Assembly (NCBI GenBank): GCA_018608245.1
Contig: JABAZY010000016.1
Span: 14,428 to 78,427 of the forward strand
DNA length: 64,000 bases
Source of the DNA: Alphaproteobacteria bacterium
GTDB taxonomy: Bacteria; Pseudomonadota; Alphaproteobacteria; Micavibrionales; Micavibrionaceae
Direction of reading: 5' to 3'
Shown: positions 62,349 through 64,000 of the stretch, in pieces
Layout: every line of letters starts with the position of its first letter
Numbering within the stretch: the stretch's first letter is position 1
The notes under the pieces: model-generated
What the model was told of the DNA's origin: nothing
What the model saw: only the letters and a program-made list of their open reading frames with translations
Database searches by the model: none
Position numbers and translations under genes: made by a program

Positions 62349-64000
62349 ATGAAAACAAAATCACTTACGCCTTTTTTATGGCTCTTCGCGTTTCTCTGTA
62401 GCTTATTCTTGATTAATGAATGGCAATTAGAATTATTTGGAATAGCCACAATAACCCTCTTCGGTTGGGCTATTGTGACATTAAGCCAACATATTAGAAA
62501 TGGCTGGAAAGTCCCACAAAGCTGGGTGATCCGGTTTTTAGGGCTGTTCTGGCTACTCGCTTTCATCAGTATCCTACATACAGACATTTTGAATGTCAGC
62601 GTAATGGCCTTTTGTTTTTTCAGCGCCCTTCCGCTGAGCTTCTTTGTTCTAACCATTCACGGACAAACAGCAGACAAAAATAATTTTGAAGCACAACTTA
62701 AACTAATGGGGAGCTTCTTAGGCTTTGTTTTTGCGGGGTTGGCCATATGGGCAATGCTTCAGTTTTACGTCTTCCAAGAATATTTCGGCACACGTGCCCA
62801 TCACCCCTTAGCCAATGCTAATTCACTGGCGGCACTCTTCTGCTTGGCTTTGTATCCAACGCTTGGACGCGTTCTTCAAGCGCCGACAGAACGACAAAAA
62901 GCATTAGCGCTAATCTTGGCCATCTTATTATTTGGTGGCATCATATCCACCGCCAGTCGTGGCGCATTCTTAGCGTTCTGCGCCTTGTCCCCATTTTTTC
63001 TATATGTGAACAGACGCCTACTCATTGGTCACGCAAAATACATCGCGGTTTTCATTCTCTGCGCCTGCGCTCTATTCATCTCAACAAATTTTGTTGGGAC
63101 ATCGGGCAATGTCATGTCAACGCGCGTGGTTGAGACACTCTCTTTCACCAGTGCTGATATATCCAATAACCGTTTCAACATCTGGACAGGGGCTTGGGGT
63201 GTCGTCAAAGAAAATTGGTTATTTGGCACAGGTATTGGAACATTCTTTTTGTACTACCCTGAACATCAATTAGCCAAAGATCCATTCACCGCATTTTTCG
63301 CCCATAACGATCCGCTTCAATATTGGGCGGAATTAGGTATTGCTGGCTTCATATTGTTTTACTTATTCGTCATTAGTTTTATTTTACGCACAATCAAGGC
63401 GCTACGTATTAAAAACATTACAGATACGCAACGGACTCTTATTATAAGTTGTGCCTGTGCCATTGGCTGTATAATTCTACATACACACGCCACCTTTAAT
63501 TTTTACAATTTATCCATTCTATATATTATAGGGTTCTTGCTTAGCGTCTGGTTTTGGGGAACTGAGCAAGTTATAAATGCTCAAAAAACAACGCTCCTTA
63601 AATCAGTTACCTTCCCAGAAAACACACCTAATTATGCCCGTATTGCCTTACTGAGCCTACCTTTTATCTTTTTAGGAACACTGTTCACGGCCTATATAAG
63701 TAGCGAACATATTACGAATAAAGTCCGCAAGGACATGATTGCTGGAAATTTTGATACCTTAGCAAACGACATTATGCGCGCCAATAACCTCAGCTTTGAT
63801 AGCAATTACCGAGCATACTTAATTGCCGTCAACATACCTATGAGTTTATTAGAAGAAACATCGGGAAAATTTTCAACTGAGCAGAAAAAAGATATTTATG
63901 ATCAAGCAATCTATTATTTAAATCACGTCCAAGCAATTAATCCGCGCTCATCCGCAGCCAATTACTATCTTGGAAAAATTCAAGGACTAGTGCCTAAATC
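62349..64000 (+). CDS. O-antigen ligase (Wzy_C)-like polytopic membrane protein with C-terminal TPR-like region, 3' end off window
   Basis: Absent from the ORF track (open at the window end). Manual translation from ATG 62349 gives MKTKSLTPFLWLFAFLCSLFLINEW...; there are many TM helices. STASRGAFLAF and FAHNDPLQYWAELGIAGF resemble the O-antigen ligase domain. The tail ...YYLNHVQAINPRSSAANYYLGKIQ is TPR-like. Confidence 0.7.
   Translation, partial: MKTKSLTPFLWLFAFLCSLFLINEWQLELFGIATITLFGWAIVTLSQHIRNGWKVPQSWVIRFLGLFWLLAFISILHTDILNVSVMAFCFFSALPLSFFVLTIHGQTADKNNFEAQLKLMGSFLGFVFAGLAIWAMLQFYVFQEYFGTRAHHPLANANSLAALFCLALYPTLGRVLQAPTERQKALALILAILLFGGIISTASRGAFLAFCALSPFFLYVNRRLLIGHAKYIAVFILCACALFISTNFVGTSGNVMSTRVVETLSFTSADISNNRFNIWTGAWGVVKENWLFGTGIGTFFLYYPEHQLAKDPFTAFFAHNDPLQYWAELGIAGFILFYLFVISFILRTIKALRIKNITDTQRTLIISCACAIGCIILHTHATFNFYNLSILYIIGFLLSVWFWGTEQVINAQKTTLLKSVTFPENTPNYARIALLSLPFIFLGTLFTAYISSEHITNKVRKDMIAGNFDTLANDIMRANNLSFDSNYRAYLIAVNIPMSLLEETSGKFSTEQKKDIYDQAIYYLNHVQAINPRSSAANYYLGKIQGLVPK

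Noticed and set aside
62345-62656. 103-aa minus-strand ORF, plus the ORFs at 63025-63273 (plus strand) and 63029-63229 (minus strand).
   Set aside because: They overlap the long open frame starting at ATG 62349, which encodes a coherent polytopic O-antigen-ligase-like protein through to the window end. The track omits that frame only because it has no stop within the window.

Overview
Dense, visibly AT-rich chromosomal segment that is almost entirely housekeeping. It is most consistent with an alphaproteobacterium, based on a circularly permuted two-piece tmRNA gene, a ctaC-ctaD...ctaB-ctaG-ctaE-DUF983-SURF1 aa3 oxidase cluster, a ~1600-aa NAD-glutamate dehydrogenase and an IalB-family protein. 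I can support about 60 protein genes: rplA(partial)-rplK-nusG-secE, pdxA, NAD-GDH, ubiA, rsmE, the cytochrome c oxidase cluster with ilvA inserted, an M23 peptidase, a periplasmic Trx/DsbD(ScsB)-like/redoxin module, an orphan PAS histidine kinase, a cytochrome b561-YceI module facing uppP, rsmD, rluB-like, tadA, purD, putA, xseA, an ABC-F ATPase, two EamA paralogs, an ilvI-ilvH-OMP-ilvC-EamA string, miaA, degP, hflKC, apbC, folA-thyA, a 1186-aa subtilisin/P-domain/RTX protein, and a partial O-antigen-ligase-like/TPR protein. There is also one tmRNA gene. I found no CRISPR array, transposase, integrase, prophage, toxin-antitoxin pair or recognizable defence system, so I cannot honestly point to a clear novel multi-gene system here. 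The items most worth a second look are: (1) an unannotated Ile/Leu/Val leader-peptide attenuator upstream of ilvI; (2) a beta-barrel outer-membrane protein and an EamA transporter embedded in that ilv string; (3) a tmRNA tag template with an in-frame internal duplication, giving a 24-codon tag; (4) a perfect consensus promoter with no gene about 185 nt upstream of the tmRNA; (5) a ~26-residue insertion in a conserved loop of cytochrome oxidase subunit I; (6) the leaderless kexin-like RTX protease with no type I secretion genes nearby. All protein calls rest on motif recognition by eye, gene order and ORF length. No database search was possible.
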